A stretch of 64,000 nucleotides of DNA from Coleofasciculus sp. B1-GNL1-01 (GCA_040220235.1 JAVJTO010000039.1); one strand, 5' to 3'. Positions 31,257 to 42,263 are shown, numbered from the stretch's first letter. Notes: generated from the letters alone by a model not told the origin. Program-made: numbers and translations.

Positions 31257-32573
31257 TTAAATATTGAGTCCACCGACAAATGGAATAGCTCCATATCGAC
31301 CTTTCAGATAACCTTTTTGTAGGGATTCATCCTCACAAGGTTGAAATTCATATAGGGAGTAAAGCTTGGTCATACTTTTATCTTTTTCCGTAAACCATAT
31401 CTGATCTGGACGAAAAATTTCTCCATCGAGAAGACTTGTATCATGAGTGGTGAATATCAATTGAGCCTGGTTTTTATTGATGTCGGGATTATTAAACATT
31501 CTAGCCAAGGCTGTTGACAAAACTGGATGTAGGCTTCTATCCAGTTCATCAATCATTAAAAGCTCTCCATCTTTAAGAACGCTCAGCCAAGATCCAGCAA
31601 GTTCAAATAAACGTTGTGTTCCTTCAGATTCATCACCCATATCCAGTGGTACAAATTTTTCAGAATCCATCATCTTATGCATAGCTTGAATCCCTAAAAT
31701 CTGCAAGTTATCTGCATTCATTTTGGGTATTTTATTATTATTTTCGTTCCCTTGAATAACGTCTGTAATATTTTCTAGGGCTATTTTAATCTCATCTGGC
31801 AAGGACGAAAAAGAGCGCATTTCTATCTCTATATCTGATATACCAATATCTGCTTGAATAAGAAGATTAACAACTTCTTGGCAAAATTCTTTGTCTTCCT
31901 GACATCTATGAGCAGTGTATGGGCTAGAAAAATCTGGACTAATCAGATTTAAATTTTTTCTAAACCACTGAAATACTTCTGTAAGTTGAGGATGATTATT
32001 TTGTGCAGCATGAGATAGAAACAGAGAATTGGAACGCACAAATTTTTTAATTCGTTCTTTTTCTCCTTTTAATCCCGCGCCAAACGACCATTCATAGCCA
32101 TCATCTGCCTTGAAATTTGGATTTTCTGGATTATAGGTACGAGAGAACCAAGTCTGGGCACGCCCTTTCGGATAGGCAAGTAGCCACTCTTCATAAACTC
32201 GCTTTTGATCTAAAGTCAGTCCATATTCGTAACGAATTTGATTATCTATAAAAATCACTTCAAAGCTAGTGGGTTGCTTTTTGGATTCAGCATTCAACAA
32301 AAAGGGTTCAATATCAAACTTATCACCCATTTGCATACGAGAGGCTGAACTAACCACAATCTTCTGTAGTGTCCGCATGGCTCGCAGTAAATTACTCTTG
32401 CCAGATGCATTTGCACCATAGATGACAGCACTGGTGAGTAAGTGTAGATCCTTCGTCTTCGGCATAGGAAAACTATTGCTATGGAGCATCGCTTTATCTT
32501 CGGAAGCCACCATACTCAAGGTTTGCCGTTCTTTAAATGAACGATAATTTTCTACACTGAACTCAACCAGCAT
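31257..32573 (-). CDS. rloA: RloA-like AAA_21/ABC ATPase
   Basis: GANASGKSN, ESEGTQRL, IDELDRSLHP, QLIFTTHD, YLKGRYGAIP. Confidence 0.85.
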   Translation of the reverse strand: MLVEFSVENYRSFKERQTLSMVASEDKAMLHSNSFPMPKTKDLHLLTSAVIYGANASGKSNLLRAMRTLQKIVVSSASRMQMGDKFDIEPFLLNAESKKQPTSFEVIFIDNQIRYEYGLTLDQKRVYEEWLLAYPKGRAQTWFSRTYNPENPNFKADDGYEWSFGAGLKGEKERIKKFVRSNSLFLSHAAQNNHPQLTEVFQWFRKNLNLISPDFSSPYTAHRCQEDKEFCQEVVNLLIQADIGISDIEIEMRSFSSLPDEIKIALENITDVIQGNENNNKIPKMNADNLQILGIQAMHKMMDSEKFVPLDMGDESEGTQRLFELAGSWLSVLKDGELLMIDELDRSLHPVLSTALARMFNNPDINKNQAQLIFTTHDTSLLDGEIFRPDQIWFTEKDKSMTKLYSLYEFQPCEDESLQKGYLKGRYGAIPFVGGLNI

Positions 32574-32825
32574 AACTGATGTCTCACTTGATTAACTATT
32601 GAGTCTCATTCAAACATTACACTATGGAATTATAGCGGTTCTTCTACAGAGTACAACACAGATTATGTGTAGGGGCGCACCGACGTGCGCCCTACTAAAT
32701 GGTCGGATATAAATAAACGGTGGAGTAAAGGGCGACCCGATCCAATTGAATGGAATGGAGTTTTTGATTAATGCAAGCGGGTCGCCCCTACAGGGTGGTT
32801 TCGCGATCGCACAAAGCTCAATTCC

Positions 32826-34931
32826 CTAAGACGCCCCTACTAATCCACTATGGCGCAGTAAGGGTTCCGTACTCGGTTCCCGTCCCCGGAATTGCTTGAA
32901 TACCTCCATGGGTGGTATACCACCGCCTAATGCCAGTACTGTATCCCGATACCGCTTCCCGGTATCCGCCACGGCGGTTTCATTCTCTAAACCAACCTCC
33001 TCAAAGGCGGCGAAGGCATCTGCACTCAAGACTTCTGCCCATTTGTAACTGTAATATCCAGCCGCATAGCCGCCCGCAAAGATATGGGAAAAGGCACAGA
33101 GGAAGGAATCTTCCGGTAAGGGTTGTAACACTGTGGTAGTTTTGGCAATCCGGTGACGGACATCACTGGGACTTTCCTTCCCACCGGGCTGATAACGGTG
33201 GTGTAGTTCGATATCCACCAAACTAAAGTGCAATTGCCGTAACATGGCACTACCACTCATGTAAGTCCGGGCTGCCAAGAGTTTCTGATAATAATGTTCG
33301 GGTAGGGATTCCCCGGTTTCGTAGTGCTTTGCCATGCCCATCAGTGTAGGGCGATCGTAACACCAGTTTTCCATAAACTGGCTGGGTAGTTCCACCGCGT
33401 CCCATTCTACGTTATTAATTCCGGCGGCACCAGCATAATCCACTCTGGTAAGCATGTGTTGCAACCCGTGACCAAACTCGTGGAATAGGGTTTCGACTTC
33501 ACCAAAGGTCATTAAACTGGGTTTACCATCAATCGGTGGCGTTTGGTTGCAAACTAAATAGGCAACAGGTAAGCGCGTTGTTGTTGTCCCCGCTTCCGTG
33601 AGTTTGGCACGTCCCACACAATCGTCCATCCACGCGCCTCCACGCTTCTCAGCAGGACGACTGTAGGGATCTAAATAGAAAAACGCGATCGCACTTCCTG
33701 TTTCATCGGTAACTTGGAAATAGCGGACATCTTCATGCCAAACCGGGGCTTGTCCATCCGCAGGCGTAATGGTTACCCCAAATAGTCGCTTGATTAAGCC
33801 AAACAAGCCATCCAGCACTTGAGGTAACGGAAAATAAGGACGCAATTCCTCAGCACTGAAGGCAAACTTTTCTTCCCGTTGACGTTCTGACCAAAAACTG
33901 ATGTCCCAGTGTTTCAACTCATTAGCTTCGGGGACACCTTTAGCCGCCGCAAACACTTTCAACGCCTCTAAATCCTTAACCGCCGCATCGTAGCTAGCAC
34001 CACGAAGTTCTTCCAGTAATCCCTCCACCGCCTCAACATTCGGTGCCATTTTGCTGGCAAGGCTTAATTCAGCATAACTGCTAAACCCTAACAGCTTGGA
34101 TTTTTCTTGACGCAGTTCTAAAATCCGCTCAATTAGGGGACTGTTATCCAACTCTCCAGAAGAAGCGCGGCTGACAAAGGCTTTATAGAGTTTCTCGCGC
34201 AAATCCCGACGGGTACTGTGTTGCATGAAGGGGATGTAACTGGGATAGTCCAGCGTGATCCGCCAGGGACCCTCTTCCGGAGTCGCTTTTTCTTCCCCAG
34301 CGGCGCGGGCGGCTTGAGCGGCTAAACTCTTTAAGCTAGGGGGTAAACCCTCTACCTCTTCTGAACTGGTTAGGGTCATGCTAAATGCCTTGGTTGCATC
34401 TAGGACATGGTTAGAGAACTTTGTCGATAGTTCCGCCAACTCCATCTGAATTTGATTGAAGCGCTCCCGCACCTCCCCTTCAAGTCCGACACCCGACAGT
34501 TCAGCATCTCGAATGGCAGCTTCTACAATCCGTTTTTGGGCTGGCTCTAAGCTACGCCATTCCTCCCCATCCTGCAAGGCTTTAAAGGCTTTGTATAGGG
34601 GTTGACTTTGGTTGAGTGTGTTGATGAATTGAACGACTTTGGGTTGAACCGTTTCGTAAGCCTCACGCAGTTCAGGACTATTTTTCACCCCCATCAAATG
34701 ACTCACGATGCTCCAACTCCACCTGAGGCGTTCTGTCAATGCTTCTAGGGGTTCGACTAAACCGTCCCAGGTTGGTACTACCTTTTCCTCTAGGGCGGCT
34801 AATTCCTGATCGAGTTCAGCTAATAGCTGTGTCATCGCAGGCACAATATGGTTTGGCTCAATTTGGTCAAAAGGGGGTAGTCCCTTGCCACGGCATAATG
34901 GATTCTCAGTCACAGTTGGATTGGCAATCAT
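32826..34931 (-). CDS. prlC: Oligopeptidase A (M3 family)
   Basis: FHEFGHGLQH zinc motif, VELPSQFMENW, HIFAGGYAAGYYSYKWAEVL. Confidence 0.95.
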   Translation of the reverse strand: MIANPTVTENPLCRGKGLPPFDQIEPNHIVPAMTQLLAELDQELAALEEKVVPTWDGLVEPLEALTERLRWSWSIVSHLMGVKNSPELREAYETVQPKVVQFINTLNQSQPLYKAFKALQDGEEWRSLEPAQKRIVEAAIRDAELSGVGLEGEVRERFNQIQMELAELSTKFSNHVLDATKAFSMTLTSSEEVEGLPPSLKSLAAQAARAAGEEKATPEEGPWRITLDYPSYIPFMQHSTRRDLREKLYKAFVSRASSGELDNSPLIERILELRQEKSKLLGFSSYAELSLASKMAPNVEAVEGLLEELRGASYDAAVKDLEALKVFAAAKGVPEANELKHWDISFWSERQREEKFAFSAEELRPYFPLPQVLDGLFGLIKRLFGVTITPADGQAPVWHEDVRYFQVTDETGSAIAFFYLDPYSRPAEKRGGAWMDDCVGRAKLTEAGTTTTRLPVAYLVCNQTPPIDGKPSLMTFGEVETLFHEFGHGLQHMLTRVDYAGAAGINNVEWDAVELPSQFMENWCYDRPTLMGMAKHYETGESLPEHYYQKLLAARTYMSGSAMLRQLHFSLVDIELHHRYQPGGKESPSDVRHRIAKTTTVLQPLPEDSFLCAFSHIFAGGYAAGYYSYKWAEVLSADAFAAFEEVGLENETAVADTGKRYRDTVLALGGGIPPMEVFKQFRGREPSTEPLLRHSGLVGAS

Positions 34932-35419
34932 GAGTCGTATCGGGTTACAAAATCAGACTGAAACAGCATGTAGTGGTGATGCAAGACAAGCAGCTATTGC
35001 CGTTATCTTGTATCAAACTAACGCCTGAAGCTTCCCTGGGGAAGCGGTGAGGCGCGAAAATTAAATAATTAGCAAGAATATTTTTTGACGTCAGTGATCC
35101 TTATCATCGTGAAGATTAATTTGAGTGGTAGAAGGCAAGGATTGAGTTTATGCCTCAGTAGTGGCGTGACCCAGCTAAAATAGGGCTTTGCAGTAAGCAC
35201 TTTAGTGTTCTAACGCATAGCTGGAGAGGGCTAAGGTTCCCTCACTACAAGCTTTCATTAAATGCGTCGCAACTGAGCCGGGGCGGATTTAGCTAAATCT
35301 GGGTGAAGTCAGAAACGATAGTTGTGAAACCCGCCCCTACACACACATCAGTACCCTAGCTCCCCCAGCTTCCTCTGCTTCCTCTGCTCCCCCTCAACAC
35401 AAGACTTATTCAGCCAACC

Positions 35420-35851
35420 CTACTGACGCTGGAATACCGATGAGAAACGTTCTTTAACTTGGCTGACAGTGGATTGAATCACATTTCCTGGCGTGGCTTG
35501 AGGGCGAGTTGCCACAACGATGGGTTCGTCTTTAAACTCTTTGAGTCGATGACCATATTCCAACTCACTTTGGCGCTTCCGCAGTTTAGGGAATAGCCGA
35601 AATACTCCTTTGAGTAACTCCTCTTCCTGCTGAAATAACGCCTGGTTGATTTGACTGCTGCGATTCACTGCCATTGAGCCAGCCGGTAACCAGTTTTTCT
35701 CTCCCTTAATGCGGACATAGATATTGAATTCCGGTAATCCCGACTTTTGCATTTCATCATATTTGCGGGAAGCGGCTGCCCGTTTAACCTTGTTTTTCTT
35801 GGCTTTCTGCTGTTTGGGTTGGACTTTGCCAAAGCCGAGTTGGGTGGTCAT
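35420..35851 (-). CDS. HHL1-like protein
   Basis: GFGK..KRAAA..YDEM..GLPEFNIYVR..NWLPAGSMAV.RS..LEYG.RLKEFKDEPI resembles the cyanobacterial HHL1-like family. Confidence 0.7.
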   Translation of the reverse strand: MTTQLGFGKVQPKQQKAKKNKVKRAAASRKYDEMQKSGLPEFNIYVRIKGEKNWLPAGSMAVNRSSQINQALFQQEEELLKGVFRLFPKLRKRQSELEYGHRLKEFKDEPIVVATRPQATPGNVIQSTVSQVKERFSSVFQRQ

Positions 35852-36129
35852 ATTACGTTACTCCGATAGTGCCTTAACAAAAGTTTACATCATTCTCAGG
35901 AAACTTGTGCTGCCGACGTTTGCTGATGAGTCTGAAATACAGACACCGCATATAGCCCTACGCATTGAGGTTAGGACTATAAAATTGGGTGAAAAGGCAA
36001 TAGGCAATAGGCAATAGGCAATAGGCAACAGAGAAATGTCCTAACGTATCCCCATAGTGCTATACAAGAAAGGGCGCACGTCGGTGCGCCCCTACAGATA
36101 AAAATTTTTTAAGTTGAACCTAGGGAAGC

Positions 36130-36465
36130 TTAAGGAGTGGTCTCAGAAGTCGAGTCGTCCTCAGCTTTAGGTTCAGTCGTCTCGTCAGACATTTCTTTAT
36201 CTTCAGTCGCCTTTTCCATGTCTGCCTTGTCAGACATGTCTTTCTCTTCAGCCGCTTTATCCATGTCTTCCTTCTCTTCGGCTGCCTTATCGGTTGCAGC
36301 AGGAGCGGCATCTTCTGTCGCTGCGTTATCAGGGTTAGCTGGCTCAGTTTCCTCGATAGTCGTAGCATCATCCGTTTCTGGGGGAGCGCTACAACCTGTG
36401 GCTAATCCCAGACTCAAAAGTGAAGCGATGGCAAATGTAGTAAGGTATTTAACGGTCATAGTCAC
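36130..36465 (-). CDS. Small acidic low-complexity lipoprotein
   Basis: Lipobox LATGC followed by D/E/A/T-rich repeats (DKAAEEK.DM). Confidence 0.7.
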   Translation of the reverse strand: MTMTVKYLTTFAIASLLSLGLATGCSAPPETDDATTIEETEPANPDNAATEDAAPAATDKAAEEKEDMDKAAEEKDMSDKADMEKATEDKEMSDETTEPKAEDDSTSETTP

Positions 36466-36783
36466 ACCTTATTTGGTATCCTAATTGGTTAGGCTTGCCA
36501 GACAATTACTGGCTTAAATGCAATTAAAGCGCATAAAAGAGAATTTTGGTGAAAAATTTAGTATTTTCTCAAAGAATTACAAAAACTGTGGCGATTATAC
36601 CTCAAAACAACTCTACTTGTGCTAAAATACGCTAATTTAATCTCTGAAGAATCAAACTTAGCCTGTTTTTGCCAACCAACAGGATACACTCAGATTTTTT
36701 CTTCCTGGCAAACTCAGACACTGGGAAACTGATCCAGAATTCATCAAAATGAAAATAAACCCATCTAAGTTGCATGAGCGAGC

Positions 36784-37917
36784 ATGAACCGTTGGCAGTT
36801 TACCGAAGCCTTTGAGGGATTGACACCACGACGCAGGCAAGTGCTGAAATTGCTCTTGGCTGGCGTTTCGGATCAGGATATCGCTCAATCGTTACATATT
36901 GAAACATCAACGGTGAGAAAACACGTTGAGAATATCTGTTCAGCTTTTGGGCTGAGAAATGAGTTTCCTGATGAACGGCGTTCTAAACGAGGAGAGTTAA
37001 TTGCGCTGTTCGCTAAATATCAACCTGAACTTGTAACCCGGCAAACCTTGAGTGTGACTCACCAAAGGTCATCTGAATTTGTAGATGGTAATAATTACAA
37101 AATAGTGAAACGCGAGGATACGGAAATTCGCGTAACGAGTGAGGTGAGATTAACGGTTAATGATATGTCCGATTCTCCACTTAACAACCGCGATATCTTT
37201 ATCCTGATTGATCAGAGTGGTTCTATGGTGAGAAAGGATGAAGATACCGGAAATCAAACTCGGTATGAATATCTAGCGGAAGTTGTGGAAGGACATATCG
37301 CCGCCATTCTGTCAGTCAGTTCTGAATTAGGGACTAAAGCGAATGAAACCATTGCGATGAAGCAGGAGGAATTGGCTAACAATCGCGCTTCGGTTTACTT
37401 CTTCAGCAGGGAAAGGGTCAAACCCAAACCTATTGTGATTAACGATGCCTCTCAAGTTTGGAAGCTGTTCGTCAAAAATAAACCCAAAACCAAAACCTTT
37501 ATTGCTCCGACTTTAAATCATTGTGTTAATACTTGGTTGACTGAAGGAAAACCTAACGGAAAAGGAGCATTTTTTATTATTTATACTGATGGTCAATTTG
37601 ATGACGAAGAGCAATTTATTCAATGTATTGCTTCAGCCTGTAGCAAAATTGAAAATCATAAAGATATCAAGTTTTTTGTGTTGGGATTAGGGAAAGATAT
37701 TGATATTGAACATTTCCTGGCGCTAGACTTCAATGTCAATCAGACGATGAAATTTAATATTTTTGTCTTTGATTTAGTCAATGAAGTCGATGATATCATT
37801 GAGCTGTTAAAACGCCAGCTAACGGATGATCCGTATCTAGCGTTTCCGGATTGGGTCAGAATTCGTCATCCTGATTTAGTCGAGAAGGTGATTCAAGGGA
37901 ACAAGGAACAGCGGTGA
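36784..37917 (+). CDS. LuxR-type HTH fused to vWA domain
   Basis: LTPRRRQVL..DIAQSL..STVRKHVENI (LuxR HTH); MIDAS DQSGS..T..YTDG (vWA). Confidence 0.8.
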   Translation: MNRWQFTEAFEGLTPRRRQVLKLLLAGVSDQDIAQSLHIETSTVRKHVENICSAFGLRNEFPDERRSKRGELIALFAKYQPELVTRQTLSVTHQRSSEFVDGNNYKIVKREDTEIRVTSEVRLTVNDMSDSPLNNRDIFILIDQSGSMVRKDEDTGNQTRYEYLAEVVEGHIAAILSVSSELGTKANETIAMKQEELANNRASVYFFSRERVKPKPIVINDASQVWKLFVKNKPKTKTFIAPTLNHCVNTWLTEGKPNGKGAFFIIYTDGQFDDEEQFIQCIASACSKIENHKDIKFFVLGLGKDIDIEHFLALDFNVNQTMKFNIFVFDLVNEVDDIIELLKRQLTDDPYLAFPDWVRIRHPDLVEKVIQGNKEQR

Positions 37918-37982
37918 TGAGGGAGCTGGGGAAGATGAGGGAGATGGGGGAGATGGGAAACAAAATTTCTATAGCCCATTAA

Positions 37983-38068
37983 CCTGTTCCCTATTCCCTA
38001 TTCCCTATTCCCTATTCCCTATTCCCTGTTCCCTAACAAATGACGAATGACAAATGACGAATGACAAA
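37983..38068. repeat. Short tandem heptamer repeats (TTCCCTA)n and (TGACRAA)n
   Basis: Visible tandem arrays; similar arrays at 2185-2217, 35994-36029, 46757-46808, 48214-48300 and 52421-52462. Confidence 0.85.
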
Positions 38069-38578
38069 TCAACAAACTCGACGTCCCATAATTACCAAAT
38101 CACGCTCAATGTGACCCATATCCGCTATTTGAGGTAAATAACCCCAACGTTGGAAGCCATATTTTTGAAAGAGGTGTAGGCTGGGTTGATTGTGAGCAAA
38201 GATTAATGCCACTAAGGTATTGAGTCCTAACTTAGGACTCTGTTTGATGGCGCGTTGCAGCAGTTGTTGTCCTATTCCTTGACGCCGAAAATCGGGAGAC
38301 ACGTAGACGCTAAGTTCAGCCGTTGCATGGTAGGCTGGGCGGACTAAGAAAGCCTGAAAACTGAGCCAACCAGCAATTTGACCTGTAGAATTGGATCGTT
38401 CATGGCAGTCCATGACCCAAAGAGGGTGGCTGTTTGGTGTATGTTCTTGATACCAAGCGATACGGCTTTCAACTGAGATAGGTTCTAGATCGGCGGTGGC
38501 AATGCGACTGGGAACAGCCGAATTGTAAATTTCCACGATCGCAGGCAAATCTACCTCAGTGGCATCACGGATATACAT
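38069..38578 (-). CDS. GNAT N-acetyltransferase, phosphinothricin acetyltransferase-like
   Basis: IRDATEVDLPAIVEIYN..ELSVYV..RRQGIG..NQPSLHLF.KYGF. Confidence 0.88.
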   Translation of the reverse strand: MYIRDATEVDLPAIVEIYNSAVPSRIATADLEPISVESRIAWYQEHTPNSHPLWVMDCHERSNSTGQIAGWLSFQAFLVRPAYHATAELSVYVSPDFRRQGIGQQLLQRAIKQSPKLGLNTLVALIFAHNQPSLHLFQKYGFQRWGYLPQIADMGHIERDLVIMGRRVC

Positions 38579-38653
38579 TAAGGCAGGATTAGGGCGACAA
38601 ACCATAGAATATTAGTGCTAAAGGGTCATCAGTGATTAAACAGGCTTCTTTCT

Positions 38654-39955
38654 GTGGCACTATTGATTTTTCTGTTCACGCTTATCCTGATTATCTGGCA
38701 ACTGCGAGGATTGGGCATCGGATTGGGTGCATTGACAGGGGGGATTTTTACTCTGGTTAGCGATGTGTCCTTAATGGACGAACTTAGAGTTAGTGCAACC
38801 GTTGGCAATACTATATTCACATTGATTGCCCTACTCATTGTGTGCCGGATTCTGGATGAAGCCGGGTTTTGGCGAGGGTTAGCGCTACAATTAACGGTTT
38901 TGGGGATAGGTCAAGGGCGTCTGCTTTTCCTTTTGTGCGGACTTTTGGGAGCATTGGGAACAATTGTTTTAACCAATGTGGGTATGGCATTAATCTGGAT
39001 TTCTCCGGTGATGGAGATCCTTTGTTTACTACGCCTCAGGGCTAAAACCGTGTTCGCCGTTGTCTTTACGGTTAGTTTTATCACTGAAGCGGCTAGCTTA
39101 TTGTTCCCTGTGAGCAATCCGGTCAACCTGCTTGCGGTAAACTACGGCGACATTTCCGGGTTTCGCTATATTCTGGTGATGACCCCGGTGACATTTGTCG
39201 CGATCGCAACCAGTTTAGCCAGCTTCTGGTTCTACTTCCATCGAGACATTCCAGTCACATACAAACTTACTCACCTCCCGCCACCACGCCAAGCCATTCG
39301 TGATCCGTTGGTTTGTCGATGGGGTATGGTTATTTTAGTCAGTCTACCTCTGGCATACTGGATTGCCCAAGACCATGCTCTGCCGACTTGGATCGTACCC
39401 GCGATCGCGGCGTTGATTCTGCTAGGATTGGCGAGACGTGGGTTTCTCCCAAATACCACTCCGATTATTTCTGTGGGCAAAGTTTGGCAGGAAATTCCCT
39501 GGCAATTGATCGGGTTTAGCGTCCTGATGTATGGTGTCGTCCTTTGTTTAGGTCAAATTGGCATCAGTCATGTCATCACCCATCAGCTAGAAGCCCTCTC
39601 CAGTTGGGGATTAACCTTGACAGCCATCGGCACAGGTTTTCTGGCTACTGGGCTGTCAAACTTATTTCAAAATTTACCCACGGTGTTGCTAAATGCCGTA
39701 GCCATTTCCGACACAACCACTGAGCCAGCGATTCGCGAAGTGATGGAGTACGCGAATGTGATTGGATGTACCCTGGGAGCAAAAATTACTCCTCTGGGTA
39801 GTTTATCCACGTTAATTTGGTTCAAGGTTTTAGCACGTAAAGGTTTGCGCCTGCATTGGTTTTACTATATTCGTCTTAGCCTGATTCTGACTTTACCAAT
39901 TCTATTTCTCAGCTTGCTGAGTTTAGCCCTCTGGTTTCCCTGGCTAATTGTCTAA
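38654..39955 (+). CDS. ArsB/NhaD-family (arsenic transporter-like) permease
   Basis: About 12 TM; ILDEAGF, ASLLFPVSNPVNL, NLPTVL, NVIGC.LGAKITPLGSLSTLIW. Confidence 0.8.
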   Translation: MALLIFLFTLILIIWQLRGLGIGLGALTGGIFTLVSDVSLMDELRVSATVGNTIFTLIALLIVCRILDEAGFWRGLALQLTVLGIGQGRLLFLLCGLLGALGTIVLTNVGMALIWISPVMEILCLLRLRAKTVFAVVFTVSFITEAASLLFPVSNPVNLLAVNYGDISGFRYILVMTPVTFVAIATSLASFWFYFHRDIPVTYKLTHLPPPRQAIRDPLVCRWGMVILVSLPLAYWIAQDHALPTWIVPAIAALILLGLARRGFLPNTTPIISVGKVWQEIPWQLIGFSVLMYGVVLCLGQIGISHVITHQLEALSSWGLTLTAIGTGFLATGLSNLFQNLPTVLLNAVAISDTTTEPAIREVMEYANVIGCTLGAKITPLGSLSTLIWFKVLARKGLRLHWFYYIRLSLILTLPILFLSLLSLALWFPWLIV

Positions 39956-40239
39956 GGTTTGATTTGTCCTTTGTCTTTTATATCTAGAGAATCTATATTA
40001 GAGGATAAACTAGCAATAACGATCGAAAGGCTTTATCATACTCTAGGGTGTATCTGCTTGCCTGACCACAACAGCTTTTTCCAAAAAACAGAAAGACTTC
40101 AGACGTCAAGCTGTTATTGGGCTTTTCCAGATAATATAGCGACTCAGCCAAGTCGGTTTAGGTATTTGAGAGACCTGTAGTATCATTTTGAGTTTCTCTC
40201 ACTCGCACAATTGAGTCTCATCAATCAGGTAAGTAATCG

Positions 40240-42108
40240 ATGATCATCCAAACAGCAGAACCTCCTCTCCCTAAGTCTCAGGGAGGCAGAACACAAAAGC
40301 ACCATGAGTTTTGTAGCAATCAAGACAAATTTTTAACCCTGACCCTTGATTTGTTTTTCATTGCCAGTCCTGATGGCTATTGGCAGCAAGTTAACCCGAT
40401 GTGTGAGCGAATCCTGGGATATAGCAGCCAAGAATTTAAAGCCCGTCCCTGGATTGAATGGGTGCATCCAGAGGATCAGCAGATGACCTTGAAGCAACTG
40501 CAAAAGCTCAGGGACTGTGAGGAAATTGTCTCCTTTGAAAATCGCTACCGCTGCAAAGATGGCTCCTATAAGTGGCTGTTATGGAACATCACCTTATGTC
40601 ACACGCAGAACCAAATTTATGCAGTTGCTCGTGATAACACCCAACGCCGGGAAGCTGAAGCCGCACACCGGGAAAGCGAAGAACGGTTTCGTTTATTGGT
40701 CGATGGCGTCAAAGACTACGCCATTATTATGCTCGATCCAGAGGGTAAGATTGTAAGCTGGAATCCGGGTGCCGAACGAATTAAACAATATCGCGCCGCA
40801 GACATTCTCGGTCAACATGTTCGTTGTTTTTATACCCCTCAGGATATCGCCCAGGGACAACCGGACAAAGGCTTAAAAATAGCTGCACAGCAAGGTCGTG
40901 TTGAAGAAGAAGGGTGGCGAGTGCGTAAGGATGGCTCAACATTCTTTGCGAATGTTGTGATTACTGCCTTACGGGGAGAAGACGGACAATTACGGGGCTT
41001 CGCTAGGGTAACACGAGATATTACCGAACGCAAATTCGCTCAGGAAACTCTAAAACAAACCAATGATGAGTTAGAAAAACGAGTGGCAGAACGCACGGCT
41101 GAACTGTTGCAAATTAACCAACGGCTGAAACAAGAGATTGCTCTGCACCAGCAAACTGAATCAGCGTTGGCAGCCGAAACCCACTATGTCACAGATTTAT
41201 TACAGAAGTTGCAACAAACTCAAACCAAACTGATTCATACCGAAAAAATGTCCAGTTTGGGGCAAGTGGTTGCCGGAGTTGCCCATGAAATCAATAATCC
41301 GGTCAGTTTTATTTACGGCAATATCGATTATGCCATCTGTTATCTGCAAGACTTAATGCATTTAGTTGAGCTTTATGGCAGTCACTATCCTCAACCTGTC
41401 GCCGAGATTCAGAAACAAATCACAGACATTGATCTAGATTTTTTGATGGCAGATATGCCAAAACTATTGACTTCAATGAAGGTGGGAACTAACCGGATTC
41501 GCAAAGTGGTTTTATCCCTACAGAAATTTCTTAAAGCTGATCAAAATGAAATGAAGCCAGCCGATCTGCATGAAGGACTGGAAAGCACTCTGCTAATTTT
41601 ACAACATCGGCTGAAACCCAGCGTTGAACATCCGGAAATTACTGTGATTAAGGACTATGGAACATTGCCTCCAGTCGATTGTTATGCAGGACAGATTAAT
41701 CAAGTGTTTATGAATTTGCTGACCAATGCTGTAGATGTATTGGAAGCGTCAGGCGGAGATACTCCTCATCACATCAAAATCAGCACTGAGGTTCAGGATA
41801 TTAGTATTAATCAACCTGGCGCGAGTTATTGCCAAAACGTACCTCATGCGGTGATTCGGATTGCCGATAATGGTTCGGGGATGAGTCCAGATGTTTGCCA
41901 AAAACTTTTTGAGCCATTTTATACGACAAAATCTGGAGGCAAAGGAACAGGATTGGGTTTATCGATTAGCTATCAAATTATTGTAGACCATCATGGGGGT
42001 CAGTTAACCTGTCGATCTCAACCGGGTATGGGTTCAGAGTTTGTTATCGCGATTCCGATTACTCAAATAATCACCAAGCATCCTGAATTGTCTCTTGCGC
42101 CAAGTTAA
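40240..42108 (+). CDS. PAS-PAS sensor histidine kinase
   Basis: Two PAS/PAC domains, H-box VAHEINNP, N-box, DNGSG, GKGTGLGLSIS. Confidence 0.92.
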   Translation: MIIQTAEPPLPKSQGGRTQKHHEFCSNQDKFLTLTLDLFFIASPDGYWQQVNPMCERILGYSSQEFKARPWIEWVHPEDQQMTLKQLQKLRDCEEIVSFENRYRCKDGSYKWLLWNITLCHTQNQIYAVARDNTQRREAEAAHRESEERFRLLVDGVKDYAIIMLDPEGKIVSWNPGAERIKQYRAADILGQHVRCFYTPQDIAQGQPDKGLKIAAQQGRVEEEGWRVRKDGSTFFANVVITALRGEDGQLRGFARVTRDITERKFAQETLKQTNDELEKRVAERTAELLQINQRLKQEIALHQQTESALAAETHYVTDLLQKLQQTQTKLIHTEKMSSLGQVVAGVAHEINNPVSFIYGNIDYAICYLQDLMHLVELYGSHYPQPVAEIQKQITDIDLDFLMADMPKLLTSMKVGTNRIRKVVLSLQKFLKADQNEMKPADLHEGLESTLLILQHRLKPSVEHPEITVIKDYGTLPPVDCYAGQINQVFMNLLTNAVDVLEASGGDTPHHIKISTEVQDISINQPGASYCQNVPHAVIRIADNGSGMSPDVCQKLFEPFYTTKSGGKGTGLGLSISYQIIVDHHGGQLTCRSQPGMGSEFVIAIPITQIITKHPELSLAPS

Positions 42109-42263
42109 GTGTCATTTGTCTAAGAACAGGGAACACCTCGACTTACCTCGATGATCAGTGAGCTTGGTCGAACTGCGCTCGGTAACACGCTCGGTGTGTC
42201 ACAGGGAACAGGGAACAGGTAAGGTAGAGTTTTGAGTTAACTTCCTCATCTTCCTTGTTTCTT

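Noticed and set aside
36137..36484. Ser/Ala-rich ORF on the plus strand
   Set aside because: Antisense shadow of the low-complexity lipoprotein gene; the same applies to the many short ORFs nested within long genes.
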